Below the pieces are notes generated by a model. The model ran no database searches. It was not told the DNA's origin and saw nothing but the letters and a program-made list of their open reading frames with translations. Shown piece by piece: positions 25,757-38,232 of a stretch of DNA of 64,000 bases. Source of the stretch: Octopus sinensis (lineage: Eukaryota); contig NW_021833007.1 in the NCBI RefSeq assembly GCF_006345805.1, forward strand, positions 30,001 through 94,000, read 5' to 3'. The first letter of the stretch is position 1, and each line of letters begins with the position of its first letter. The position numbers and the translations under genes are program-made.

Positions 25757-25759
<3 letters not shown>
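24308..25759 (+). repeat. Tandem duplication of approximately 710-bp units bounded by (TA)n
   Basis: 24308-25020 nearly identical to 25050-25759; each unit contains a SINE 5' part and a Helitron-type 5' end (A|TCTATTATATAAAA at 24423 and 25159). Confidence 0.95.
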
Positions 25760-25807
<48 letters not shown>

Positions 25808-25811
<4 letters not shown>

Positions 25812-26266
25812 ATCTTTCGTCTCTAGTAGACCTTTCCGTCGATTTCCGTAAAAAATTTTTTTCTTTTTACATATGGGCTTGCGGGAACTTTTGAAGTAAT
25901 GAGAGCGAAAGAGACTAAGAGAAAGCGATTGTATGACGAGGGAAGTTCTTTTGAAGTTACCGTCCAGGGGAAGCATTGATGTACATGTGTGTGTGTGTAT
26001 GTGTGTGCGTGTGTGTGTGTTTGATGGGGTGTGGGAGACAGACAGTATGTTGAGACAGACAGTATGTTGTGTAAGTGAAGTGCTTCTGTTAGTGTGTGTG
26101 AAGAGACAGAGTAATGTGTGAAAGAAAGAGATAACTGAAATTTTTACTCGGTGTATGTGTATATGTATGTATATTACTTCAAAAGTTCCCGCAAGCCCAT
26201 ATGTAAAAAAAAAAAAAAAAATTTACGGAAATCGACGGAAAGGTCTACTACAGACGAAAGATCGCC
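25808..26266. mobile_element. MITE with approximately 93-bp TIRs
   Basis: 25808-25900 is the reverse complement of 26173-26266 (ggcaatctttcg...gaagtaat / attacttc...cgaaagatcgcc). Confidence 0.9.
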
Positions 26267-26651
26267 GTGTGTGTATGTGTTTCCCACCACCACCACTCCA
26301 CCATCACTTGACAACCGATATTGGTGTGTTTACTTCCCCGAAACTTAATGGTTCAGCAAAAAGAGACTGATAGAATAAGTACTAGGCTTACAAAGAATAA
26401 GTTCTGGGGTCGGTTGTTCGACTAAAGGTGGTGCTCTAGCATGGGCGCGGTCAAATGACTGGAAGAAATAAAAGAATTAAAAAAAAAAGAATTATATAAT
26501 CGATGTGGTAGGTTGGGCTATCATTTGATAAAATGAGAAAGGAGCAAGAGCAATAGTGTGAGGAGAAGCAGTGGAATAGAGAGTGTGACTGATATCAGGG
26601 AAGGGGAGGACAGAGTTGTGTGAGCGACAAAGTCAATCTCTTTCTCGCGTC

Positions 26652-27125
26652 TCTTTTTGTCTCTCAGTCTGTTTCACTCTCTCTTTCGCTCTCTCTTACT
26701 CTGTCTCTCTTCCTCCCTCTCTCTCACGCACATACACACACTCACAAATTTCTAGACAAGTATTGGACAGCGTTTAAACCGAAATTATCCGGAAATAACC
26801 GAAGTATTCCGTTTTTTCCATTTGTGAAAAGTTGATAAAGAAGTTATCGTCTGCTAAATACTTAGTTCACTTTTCTTTTTGTCTCTCAGTCTGTTTCACT
26901 CTGTCTTTCTCCCTCTGTTAGTCTCTCTCTCTCTCTCTCTCTCTCCCCTCTCTCTCTCCCCCCTCTCTCTCATACACACATACACACACTCACAAATTTC
27001 TAGACAAGTATTGGACAACGTTTAAACCGAAATTATCCGGAAATAACCGAAGTATTCCGTTTCTTCCATTTGTGAAAAGTTGATAAAGAAGTTATCGTCT
27101 GCTAAATACTTAGTTCACTTTTCTT
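26652..27125 (+). repeat. Approximately 240-bp tandem duplication
   Basis: ttgtctctcagtctgtttcactct...tacttagttcacttttc present twice. Confidence 0.85.
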
Positions 27126-27409
27126 TCATGAAGACCACGTTTCAAGTCAACATTGAAGGTGAAGTAGCTTATTAATTTCGTTTTTATTATTTACAAAATT
27201 ATAATCACTCATTCATCTATCGCAAAGATAGAAATACAGATTTCTAAAGGGGATTTTGCTATCATTTAGTATCTTATCCCTTTTGGTGTTGTAATTTTCC
27301 GTCACGTTCTCTTCATAGAACTATGTAAAGTTTGAACTGAAGATAACGTCCCTTACTGAATTTATTGAAAAATATTCAACAATTACATTAATTTATTAAT
27401 TCAGTCTTT

Positions 27410-30400
27410 TAATAAAGTTATGGGTGATGGTAACTGTATGGCCAGAGCTGTGTCACTCTTGCTCAAAAACAACAGAAATTACCAAATTCTTCGGGAATAC
27501 ATATGCAATAATTGGAAGTATTTTCGTTCTTTTATTCCTAATAGTAAAATGCAGGAATACCAAACATACATGAGTAGGGATGGAACATACGGCGGTATTG
27601 TTGAATTAGCTATCATTAGTGAATTGTACAATGTTGCAAAGGAAGGTTTTAGTATTATATAATGGCGAACTTGACAACGACCATTACGATGCTCTCTTTC
27701 CCATAAACAATCATGAGCATTGAAAGAAATGAAGAAGGAAATAAAACATCACAAGACAGTGAAAAAGGCAAAAGAATGAGAATTCAAACACTAAAAATGA
27801 AGATCGTAAAAAATAAAAACATTGGAAAAAATGAAGGAATATGAGAGGAGGACAAGAGAAAAAGAAAGCGATAAAGATAGGGAAATAAGATTGCAGAGAA
27901 AGAAGGAAAATTACTGAAATAAAAACATACAAGAAAATGAAACAAATAAAGAAATATGATTGCAGAAAAGGAGAGAAAAAGGTAGAATAAATAGAAAAGA
28001 AGAGAGTGTAAGTGACTGAAAAATATGACTAAAAAGAAGAAAGCTTTTCAGAGAAAATCAGCAGAAAAAGTATAGACGATTTCAGAGGCAAGGTGTAGCA
28101 TTTAATTATGTTCCTGATTGTAATTATGCATCTGAAAAACTTGTCTCCCTGGGCTCTATGTGCAAAACATGTGAAAATGTGGTGCTAGGAAGTGGGACAA
28201 GGAATTATTAGGTAAGTGTTGTTCTAAAAGTGAAGTCCATTTACCAATAATTGAGCCTCCAGAACTTATAAAACATCTTTTGGGTGTCGCTTCAGAATCA
28301 AAATACTTTCTGAAAAATATTAGAGCATACAATTCTACTTTCCAAATAACATCATTTAGGGTAAAAATTATTAGGGAAAGTGGGTTTATGTCAACTTTTA
28401 AAGTGCAAGGAAATATTTATCACAGAATTGGCTCTCTTAAGCCTTTACAGAATAAAGATCCACAATTTTTACAAATATATTTTATAGGTGACATTCAAAA
28501 GGAAGCACAGTATCACATCAAGAATTGTCCAGGTACAAGATTAGAACTTATTTTTAAGCTGCGAGAAATGCATCATGAAAAGAATTCTTATGTGAGAAGC
28601 GTTCAGTATGCTTTTTTAGATGGTCATGGAAGTGTGGTGAAACCATCTAATAACGACTTTGCTAGTTGGAAAAGAGAGAGACAACTGAGTAGAATGTTTG
28701 AGAGATGATTTATTGATACGTTGGCATGTGTCTGTGTGTGCATCATGTATACAGAATAATAGACAAGCTGTCATGAGAACAAAGTGCATGGATGTATGTG
28801 TGCGCTACATATTAGAACAAAAATGAGGAAGAAAGTGAAAGAGTCTAATATGAGAAGTTAGACGAATGTTTGTAGACACAAGAAAGAAAATACCAGTTTG
28901 TTGTCAATTGTACACGGTAGTTGAAATACTCTATCAAGAAGAGACGGTGATGCAGAGCCAGTTGCAGTATGTGTCATATGAAGTTGTGGCTGTAATGCTG
29001 CTGCCTGGCTCACTTGTACAGGAGTTCTTGCAGGTTGTATATTTGCTGTTAACCATGAAGTAATTCACAAACAGTGCAATATTGGAACCTCTGCAAGTTG
29101 CTTGTTGAGCTGTATACCTAGAGACGATGTTGATGCCATTAAGAAGCTGGTGGTGACGAAATCGATGGTTGCCATTATGCTGTTGGGCAGGTGTTGTCGT
29201 CTGGCTCGCAGGTTGCATATTTGTTGTTGATTCATGGTGAAGTAATTCACTAACAGTGCTATGTTGAAACCTGGGTGTTTTGCTGTTGGACAGGTGTTGT
29301 CGTCTGGCATTGTTGCTGGAACTGGCTGTGTCTTGTGTAGTCAGTGGCTAGATCTTAAAAGGTCTGGAACCAAAGACTTCAAGATGAGGAGAAGGTGAGT
29401 TTTTATAATGAACAGTACGTTCAAAAGGGGTTGAGAAAAGGCTGTCTCACATAATCTTATTTAGGGGCTCTGATTGGTTTTATGCTGCATATTGGTGCGA
29501 CAGAGTAAGAGACAAATTGCACTAATACCAACCAATCAGGGTTGTGGACACAACAGGGTCCAAATAGCAGCCAAAGGTTATCTGTTATCTGCTACGTTCG
29601 AATGTATCTATATATAATAAAAGGGAGAGAAATTTCACTTGAGTGTATGCTACACTTTAGAATATACTTCAACTGCAGACTTTCAAGTTGTCATTGATGC
29701 CAACAAAACACCAGCAGAAGAACATGTTCATTGATTCAATGTTCCTGAGTGTACTGAAATGGCTATTATTATGATTGGAGAACAATATTGAAATATTGTG
29801 ACAATAGCATCATGTTCATAACTGAAACATATCATTCATATGATGCTTTACAATGTCCCTTGCTTTTTGCTAACAGAGAAGATGGATACCACTTTGGTAC
29901 ATCACAAGTTGGAGGAATCACTTCCAAAAGACCTATATCCTGTATGGATTATGTTCGTGAATGATTACATATACCAGGTTCAATTACAATGTCTTCACAC
30001 GAAAATAGAATACAGTAATGAAATCTACAATGCTGCATTAATTGCCATTGAAGAGAAAGTTGTTTCTATGAAAGGGAATGAATTACATGGATATGGACTA
30101 TCTCATACCAATCATTCTAAACTCGATAGTTTAACAACATATCTATTAAGTGAGACTTCCTACGACATTGAAGACCTCTCAAGATATGTTAGTGAAAAAT
30201 GAACTGAAATTGTTGCTTGAGCAAAAAGTATTCTACAATACTATACTAGAAAAGGTTTTTGATCAAATGGGAGGGCTATTTTTTTTACCTTGATGCTTCT
30301 GCAGGCACTGGCAAAACATTTGTCACAAAGCTTTTACTTGCCAAAGTGCAACAAGAGAAAAAAATGGCTTTGGCTGTTGCTTCTTCCAGGTATTGCTGCT

Positions 30401-30452
30401 ACTTTACTTCCAGGAGGAAGAACATCTCACTCTACTTTTAAATTGCCCCTGA
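27410..30452 (+). mobile_element. Decayed autonomous Helitron with N-terminal OTU domain; Rep core largely deleted
   Basis: GDGNC...GTYGGIVEL...HYD (OTU); KCCSK...YFLKNIRAYNS...FKVQGNIYHRIGSL...FLQIYF; helicase LDASAGTGKTF...AVASS-GIAATLLPGGRTSHSTFKLPL. Confidence 0.9.
28615..29654 (-). mobile_element. Solo LTR (Gypsy-like 4-bp TSD)
   Basis: TSD CTTT (28611-28614 / 29655-29658); termini tttag (1 mismatch to TGTAG)...ctaca; minus-strand CCAAT boxes, TATAAAA near 29400 and AATAAA near 28710; removal restores QY-ALEY. Confidence 0.8.
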
Positions 30453-31962
30453 ACAGTGGCAGCTCAAAGATAAAATTAGTGGGGGGTGCTGCTTCAGAAA
30501 AATTTTAGCTGTAGTTTAGAAAGAAACAAACATATAAAAAGAACATTTATACATAAACTTGATCAGTTTGTGCTTTAGCCACTGCCAGGTAGTGTGTTTA
30601 ATTTGTTCATTGAACACCACTGTGAATTCTCCCCTGTTTTTCAAAAATTCCCCCTAAGTCACAAAATGAGGGGAGAAATATACCCTGTTTTTCAAATCCT
30701 GGCAGCAACACTGAAGCTGGAGGCAGGATAATAATCTAATTCAACACTTTATCACATTAAAGAATATAAACACGTTTGTAAGCACAACACACACGGAGTC
30801 AAAAAGAAACACTATCTTTCACTTGGCACATGAAAATTTTTTTTCCACCAGAGTTCCAGACCCCAGTAATGAACTTATTTGCATACAGCCAATCAGAGCA
30901 GAGCCACTATTATCCTTTCTTCCTCTCTAGTCAGCACCATGCATTCCTTACTCTTTCCCTCTCTATTGGCAGACAACAATTCTCCGTCTACTGGCAGACT
31001 ATCGGAAAAAATTTTCACTATCACTACAAGTACTACTGTCTCTCTAACTATCTGTTGGGCAAACAAATAAATATATGTAAATATTTCTTCCTTCTTGATG
31101 TTGATCCTTCAATGTCCAGTGGTTACTCCATCATTGGCACAATAATACACTTGCCCGAAATGAATTGCTGGAGTTATTTCATTTTTTCCAGAAAAGTGCT
31201 TTTAAAAAGTTATAGAGGTTTAAAGTTTAATCATTTTCACTCAGTCAGGAAACAGGATTTGGAAGCTTCCATTTTGTGCATGACTTCACATTTTGTCAAC
31301 ATCCTGAAAATGCTTACATTTTTTATATCTTCTGTGAATTTTTCACATGTCCAGCTAGTTATGATAAATAGATCTATAATTTACTACTAATTATATAATA
31401 GTACTCAGCAAAAGAGGGGAAACCATTTTAGTCATTGTCTACTTGACCATAGAACATGTAGTACTGCTTTACATGGTACCAGTAGCTGGTCTCATCAGCC
31501 TGTGATAAGGTCCCTGACCTGACTCTCATCTTAATCTACAATTATTAAAAAAATTCAATTTGTAAAAAGCTTCTACTTAGGAATAATAATGTTAAAATTT
31601 TTTTTCTATTTACAAATGATAGTGTCATGTAAAAAGCACTGGTGTCATATAAAGAGCATCCAGTACACTCTGTAAAGGGGTTGGCATTAGTAAGGGTATA
31701 CAGCTGTAAAAACTATGCTAAGACAGACTATGGAATCTGGTGTGACTCCTGGCTTTGCCAGCTCTTGTCAAACTGTCCAACCCGTGCCAGAAAAGAAAAT
31801 AGATGTTAAATGCATAATGAATCAAATTATTATTGTTCCATTTCTATTATTGACTAATTTCTGAATTTCTTCTTTTTCAGGCTAGAAACATGGTTTATAG
31901 AGTTGGTAGATCTGCTGTTTACTTCTGTTGACTGCTTTTACTGTCTGTTCATTCTTGTTGCT

Positions 31963-32079
31963 ATGGTTACTCACATGCGATTTCAATATTACAAACACAA
32001 TTATTGCCTTCTTTGCATAACTGGCTCCTTAGGATGTCAATGGCACCGTTATCGGCAGTCAGCATGCAACAGCCGAAAG
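31963..32079 (+). CDS. GDPD5: GDPD5-like gene copy 2, first coding exon (exon starts at 31881)
   Basis: ttttcag| acceptor at 31880 and AAG|gtaaga donor; MVTHMRFQYYKHNYCLLCITGSLGCQWHRYRQSACNSRK resembles GDPD5 MVRHQPLQYYEPQLCLSCLTGIYGCRWKRYQRS. Confidence 0.92.
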
Positions 32080-32336
32080 GTAAGAAACTAGGCATTTCAC
32101 TCTAGAAACACTTAAATATCCTGTTTACTCCTAATTATCTGTCTTAATTCTCTTTGTGTCTTTTTCTTTTTTTGTTTTAGTACCATTAAATTTTAAACCT
32201 TAAAAGAAAACAGTGAAAAGTCAGATTTTGATCGTTTTCTATGAAATTTATTTTTAAGAGATTCTGAATTATGGTAAAATCTTCAAGATTTTGTAATAAA
32301 ATCATAAAAACTTCTATTTTTTTTAATTGTAAAGGT

Positions 32337-33915
32337 AAGGCCATATACAGAGATGCCAATAGTAAGGTTAGGGTTGGCAATGAGTATAGTGAAGAATTCC
32401 AGGTAGAAGTAGGGGTCCACCAAGGTTCAGCCCCCTCTTATTCATCATAGTCCTCCAGGCAATAACAGAGGAATTCAAGACAGGTTGCCCATGGGAGCTC
32501 CTCTATGCTTATGACCTGGCCCTCATAGCAGAATCACTGCCGGAACTAGAGAAGAAATTTCAGGTGTGGAAGCAAGGTTTAGAATCGAAGGGCCTTATAG
32601 TCAATGTTGCAAAGACCAAAGTTCTTGTAAGTAGGAAGGCGAACACATCACATACCCCTTCAGATAGGTGACCCTGCTCAATCTGTAGAAAAGGTATAGG
32701 TAGAAACTCCATGGATGTACCCAGTGTAAGCTATGGACATATAAGAGGTGCAGTAACATCAAAGGAAGATTAAATAGGAAGATAGCTTTCATGAGCGGCA
32801 GATGCACAGGGGTAATAAACATTACAGATGCTCAGAAAACAGATTCAATCATATGCCAGGGGAAGAAACTAGAAGCAGTTGATAGCTTTCACTACCTAGG
32901 TGACCAAGTCTGTAGTGGGGGTGGATGTTCAGAGAATGTTACCACTAGAATAAGAATAGCCTGGGCAAAGTTCAGAAAGCTCTTACCCCTACTGGTGACA
33001 AAGGGTCTCTTGATCAGAGTGAAAGGTAGATTGTGTGATGCCCGTGTGTGAACTGACATGCTTCATGGCAGTGAAACATGAGCCATGACTGCTGAAGGCA
33101 TGTGTAGGCTCAAAAGAAATGAAGCTAGCACGATCTGCTGGATGTGTAATGTCAGTGTGCACACACGATAGAGTGTAAGCGCCCTGAGAGAAATGTTGGA
33201 CATAAGAAGCATCAGATATGACATGCAAGAAAGACATTTATGTTGGTATGGTCATGTACTATGGATGGATGAGGAGATCTGTGTGAAGAAATGCCACTAC
33301 CAAACAGTGGGAAGAATCTGGGGTAGAGGAAGACCCAGGAAGACATGGGATGAGGTGGTGATGTATGACCTTTGAACATTGGGCCTCACAGAGGCAATGA
33401 CAAAACACTGAGACCTCTGGAGTTATGCTGTGACTGAGAAGACCCAGCAAATAAAGTGAGTTCACAGCTGTAACCTACACCAGTGTCGCATAACCAGCCC
33501 ACTCAAAAGTACCTTGGATCATAGGGCAAGATACCATGCTTGAGGAGACCTATTGAGTCAAGTACATCAAAACCAAAATCAAAAGGAATTTGTAGTTGTG
33601 ATCCCCATGCTGGTGGCACATAAAAAGCACCATCCGACCGTGGCTGATGCCAGCGCCCCCTTGACTGGCTTCCGTGCTGGTGGCACGTAAAAAGTACCAA
33701 CCGATTGTGGTCGTTGCCAGCCCCCTCTGGCTCCTATACTGGTGGCACATAAAAAGCACTAAACTCTCGGAGTGGTTGGCGTTAGGAAGAGCATTCAGCT
33801 GTAGAAATACTGCCAGATCAGACTGGAGCCTGGTGCAGCCTCTAGGCTTCCCAGGCCCCAGTCAAACCATCCAACCCATACCAGCATGGAGAACGGACCT
33901 TAAACGATGATGATG
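32337..33915 (+). mobile_element. 5'-truncated RTE-clade LINE
   Basis: RT motifs VGVHQGS...PLLF, LLYAYDL (YADD-derived), FHYLG, WYGHVLWM, GRPRKTW; (GAT)n tail. Confidence 0.9.
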
Positions 33916-35744
33916 ATGAGGAGGAGGAGGAGGAGGATGATATAGCGTCAAGGAGCACTGAAATATAACTGCAGCAGGCAAAAATTGCCCAGTTGTGGCA
34001 TCACCTGCTGTTGGTATATTTGTTTTTTCTTTTTAAGAGACTATGACATGTTTATAAGAGATGCATTCTTGAGACAAATAATGCTGCAGTTTAGAAGACT
34101 TTCATCAGTAAATATGCTTTAAATATGATATAAAGATTGTTAAAAGCAAACTTTAGGTTAGTTAAAATATGTTTGTGACATATTTCAACTTCTAAAGGCA
34201 AATTCTCTGCAGTTACTATGGAGATAAATGTCTCTCAAAAGGTAAAAACACTGCTCATTGTCACCCTCTATCAGATTCCCAGACACATTGTTTCTAGCTC
34301 TTTAGTCATTATCAATGAAAAATACTAAAGAGAGGTAGCTCTGGGCAAATTTAACCCTTTTGTTACCAACCCGGATGAAACCAGTTCGGGTTCTGAGTAC
34401 ATATGCCTTGTTTTCATAAGTTTTGAATTAAAATCTTCTACCAAACCTTAGTCACAATTTATGTTCCTAACACTAGCTGAATGATAACTAAGTTATTTTT
34501 CTAAATTCTTTGTTACATTTAAAGTAATTGAAAGAAACACAGAGTATCTCAAAATAATACAGTAATGAAAGGGAAACACAATCAACAACATTGACTAAGT
34601 TGTGCTATTGGACTGTCAGGTCAGGAGAAATTTAGCAGTATCAGCACCAAGCAGTGTTTTGGCATTAGCAAACTTTAGGTTAGTTAAAGTATGTCTGTGA
34701 CATATTGCTAAAAATAACTTGATTTGTAGGCTTATGTGATACTTTTTAAAATTCTATAAAATAGATGTCTAAGCTGGGGTTACAAATGTTTATAAGGACT
34801 AACATCACATCATATTGAAACTTGAAGTAAAATTTGTCCCTTTTTGTTTATTTGTAACCTTGTGAAGTTAGAATAAAAGTTATACATGAAATTAAATGGG
34901 TTGTTTATTAGAAAACTACTGTTTTTCATCATTACTATAATTTGTATCATATTTTAATTAGAGAATATAATTCCAAATTACCTAAGCATTACAAGAGAAA
35001 GGGGAAGAAATAAAAGTGTAAGAAAGAGATAATTTTACATCTGTCACAATATAGATTGTTTTTCTACCCCAATGGCTTATAAAATATATATATATAGAGA
35101 GAGAACTGAATTTAATGCTAGTTATTCAAGGTTGATGTGATTTTTAAAAATTTATCCAGTGAGAATAACATATTAGCATTACAACTTCATGGCTTTTAAT
35201 AAAAAAAAAAGTGTTAAGGATTTGTCTTATAAAATAGATGACATATTTTTAAATGACAGTATACTTCGACAGCACTATCTCAACATATGCACTTGAGCCC
35301 ACCACGTCTGTAACTGAAACCTTGTTTTTAACCTGGAGCTGGATATGTGGTTTATTTATTGAAAGAAAAGAAAAGAACAAAGAAAAACATCAAGTTTTTT
35401 TATTTCTTTGATTTCCTCTTTTGAAATAGGTTCTTTATGTGTTTGACAGCCTTGGAAATTAATATTCACGTTGTGTCTCTAAATGTCTAAATGTGAAAAG
35501 ATCACTTGGCTCTGTTATTCTGTATATTATAGTTAAGGCTGGGCAAATGACATGCAGTATTATATACCATTTGATAGTTTTTATCTATATGCTGTCGCAA
35601 ACTTAATTGATGTAATAGCAAAGATATTTGATTTATTCACTTCCCCTTCCTACAACCATTAATTTTTTTAAACTTTACTTGTTTTGGCTTCATTATAAGG
35701 ATTAGTAGTCTTTAGAAAACAGTTGTCTGATTCCTTAATCACAG

Positions 35745-36215
35745 TGCACTCAACATTACACATTGTCACCTATATATACTTTGTGTGCAGTTTCAATCCC
35801 TGTACACACTGCATTACACCCTGTCACTCATGTGTACAGTTTCACTCACTATACACTCAATATTACCAACTCTATCAAATATCTGTAGTTTCAGTGCATG
35901 TATCCTCAACATCACATATTTATGTGTACAGTTTCAATCCATGTACACTCCACATTACATACTGTCACTTATGTGTACTGTTCTTTAGTTGCTGTACATT
36001 CCACATTACATTGTCACTTATATGTACAGTTTTTCAGTCACTGTACATTCCACATCACATTCTCTGTCATTTATGTGCACAGTTTTTTAGTTGCTGTACA
36101 TTTCACATTACATTCTCTGTCACTTACATGTACAGTTTTTCAGTCATTGTACATTCCACATTACATACTCTGTCACTTATGTGTACAGTTTTTCTGTCAC
36201 TGTACACTCCACATT
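35745..36215. repeat. 53-bp minisatellite, about 8-9 units
   Basis: Unit approximately tctctgtcacttatgtgtacagtttttcagtcactgtacattccacattacat. Confidence 0.85.
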
Positions 36216-36839
36216 TACAGTTTCTCTCTCTGTCCCTTTTTATTTTTTTCTCTAGCTCACTTATAACCATTCCTATTTCTGTTTACAATTTCTCTACTTG
36301 TTCATTTCTGGTTGCAGTTACCCTACCTTTATGTAGTGTTTCTTTCAATGTTCACCTTTGTTGTTAATTTCTTTTCTTCCATGTTTACCTTTGTTAGTTC
36401 TTTTGAATGTTCACATTTGTTGTTGGTTTCTTTAAATGCTCACTTTTTGAATCTGTTAAACCCTGCTTCCAATTTCTTTCTATACTTCTGTAACGAGTAT
36501 GTGAAATGAGGTAAATGTGAAAATGGATATATGATGAAAAGAACTGGTAAGTGACGATTTATTCTGTTACAAAATACAATGATTGCCATACATGAAATAA
36601 AACAGGTTATAACAAAGATGTATAAGAGAACTTTGTGGTTAGGCTGGACTGTTTATTTGCTAGACATAGTTGGCATACTGTTTGGTGGTATGTAGAGGCA
36701 GCCATTGGTCTGTTGGTTGTGTGGTCTTCATACAGCAATGATGTAGGCAGGTGTCTGGTGTAGACGAAAGCGGAGACTGGCTGGTGTCAGATACATTGTT
36801 GCTGGAGACGAGTTGCATGTTGTCAGTGGCGTGTCCAAA

Positions 36840-38232
36840 GAATTTCTTTATTTGCCTTTAGGGGCATACATAGAGGGGACAAAACAAGGACAGTCTTTAC
36901 ACAGGGCTGGGGTTACAATCATAAGGATAAAAATTGATTAAATCGGTATGTTAAATCGAAAAGTTGAATGAGAATAAAATGATTATAATAAGCACATTTC
37001 TTGGCTTTTTATTTAAGCCACCGGCTTTTTCCTTTTTTTTACTTTGTTTTCCGTTCTTTTTTTTTCCTTTTTTTTCACCTTGACCAGTTACACAAGCACA
37101 GCCTCATTCAATCTCAGCTTCTTTATAACAGTTATCCATCTTTTCTCGAACACTCTTTGAGGCAGGCCCTTTTTCTCCTGATAAATATTTCTTATCAGGT
37201 GATAGTTAAAATGACTTACCAACCTGTGTCTGGAGACAAAGTTGCCTGTCTCAATTCCCCTTCTACATGTCATCCATACTGTGTGTTTCAGTATGGTTAC
37301 TACACAAAAAAAGGACACCTCTCTTTCCTTATTAAAGGAAGAAGGTGGTACGATCTTAATGTTGGACTCAGTTGATAGCCGTACTCTTTCCGTTTCCGAC
37401 ATCAGTTGTTTGATATAGGCTATCAGTCCCCCTCAATTCCTCACAATGTACGAAGACATGTGCAACAGTTTCACTGATGCGCACGCACCTCGGGCATGGG
37501 GGTGGGGTCAAAACCGTGCCTTGATAAACTCTCTTGAATTGGTAAGGCTGATTGCTACAACAGCCAAGCCTAGGATTTCTAGAAATTATCCAGGTACCTC
37601 AGCCCGAATGTCCTTCTGAATGGGTTGATTAGCTGGTTCCCATCAAAGCCCAGAGCCTCCCCCAGGACTTTGTTGGACTTGTGATCTACTAACCCACTAT
37701 AAAAATCCACAGTGGTAGCCCCGCTGCTGGTACTACTCGCCCAGGAGAACAAAGTGAGTGCTTGTCTGCACTCATTCTGCCAGTCACCCATTCTAGGTCT
37801 TTGCTTGATCCAAGCACCTACACCCTGTAGGGATGTTAATTGCAGAAAAAAGAAGTTGATGTGCAGTGGCCACACCTGTTCACCATCCAGGTAGAGCCAG
37901 AGATGTCTCAGCCTCAGCACAAACTTGCGCATCATCAGCCAAGGCATCCCTAATCAACCCTTTTTATGGTTTCTGGCAGCTGATGGAGTGTCTCACTCAT
38001 GGTGGTTTCCCTTCCACAAGAAGCGGAAAAGGATCCATTCCAACTTGGCCAGTCACACACCGGGGCAAGGCACAACGGTTAGGCAGTAGGTTATCATAGA
38101 TGCTATAAACACCTGTACAACCTCCACCCTCCCTAACAAGGATAGCATCCTCTCATACTAGGTCTGGGTTATGGCCATCACCTTGTCTGTGACCTTGCTC
38201 CAGTTTTTCTCCATCTGGAGATCTGGTCCAAA
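36840..38232 (-). mobile_element. L1/Tx1-like LINE, ORF2 3' fragment and 3' UTR
   Basis: Minus strand FGPDLQMEKNWSKV, CPRCVRISETVAHVFVHC (CCHC), RVFEKRW; ends in a ...aataaagaaa tail. Confidence 0.75.

Noticed and set aside
30830-31390. 186-aa plus-strand ORF
   Set aside because: No recognisable motif or splice context; probably the antisense of a decayed repeat
31957-31970. X-box-like gttgctatggttac over the GDPD start codon
   Set aside because: One mismatch and constrained by coding sequence; probably chance
35745-36215. CRISPR-like repeat array
   Set aside because: Contiguous tandem units with no unique spacers, no cas genes, eukaryotic context
35723-36367. 214-aa Cys/His-rich ORF
   Set aside because: Read-through of the 53-bp minisatellite; the unit is not a multiple of 3 and several frames are open
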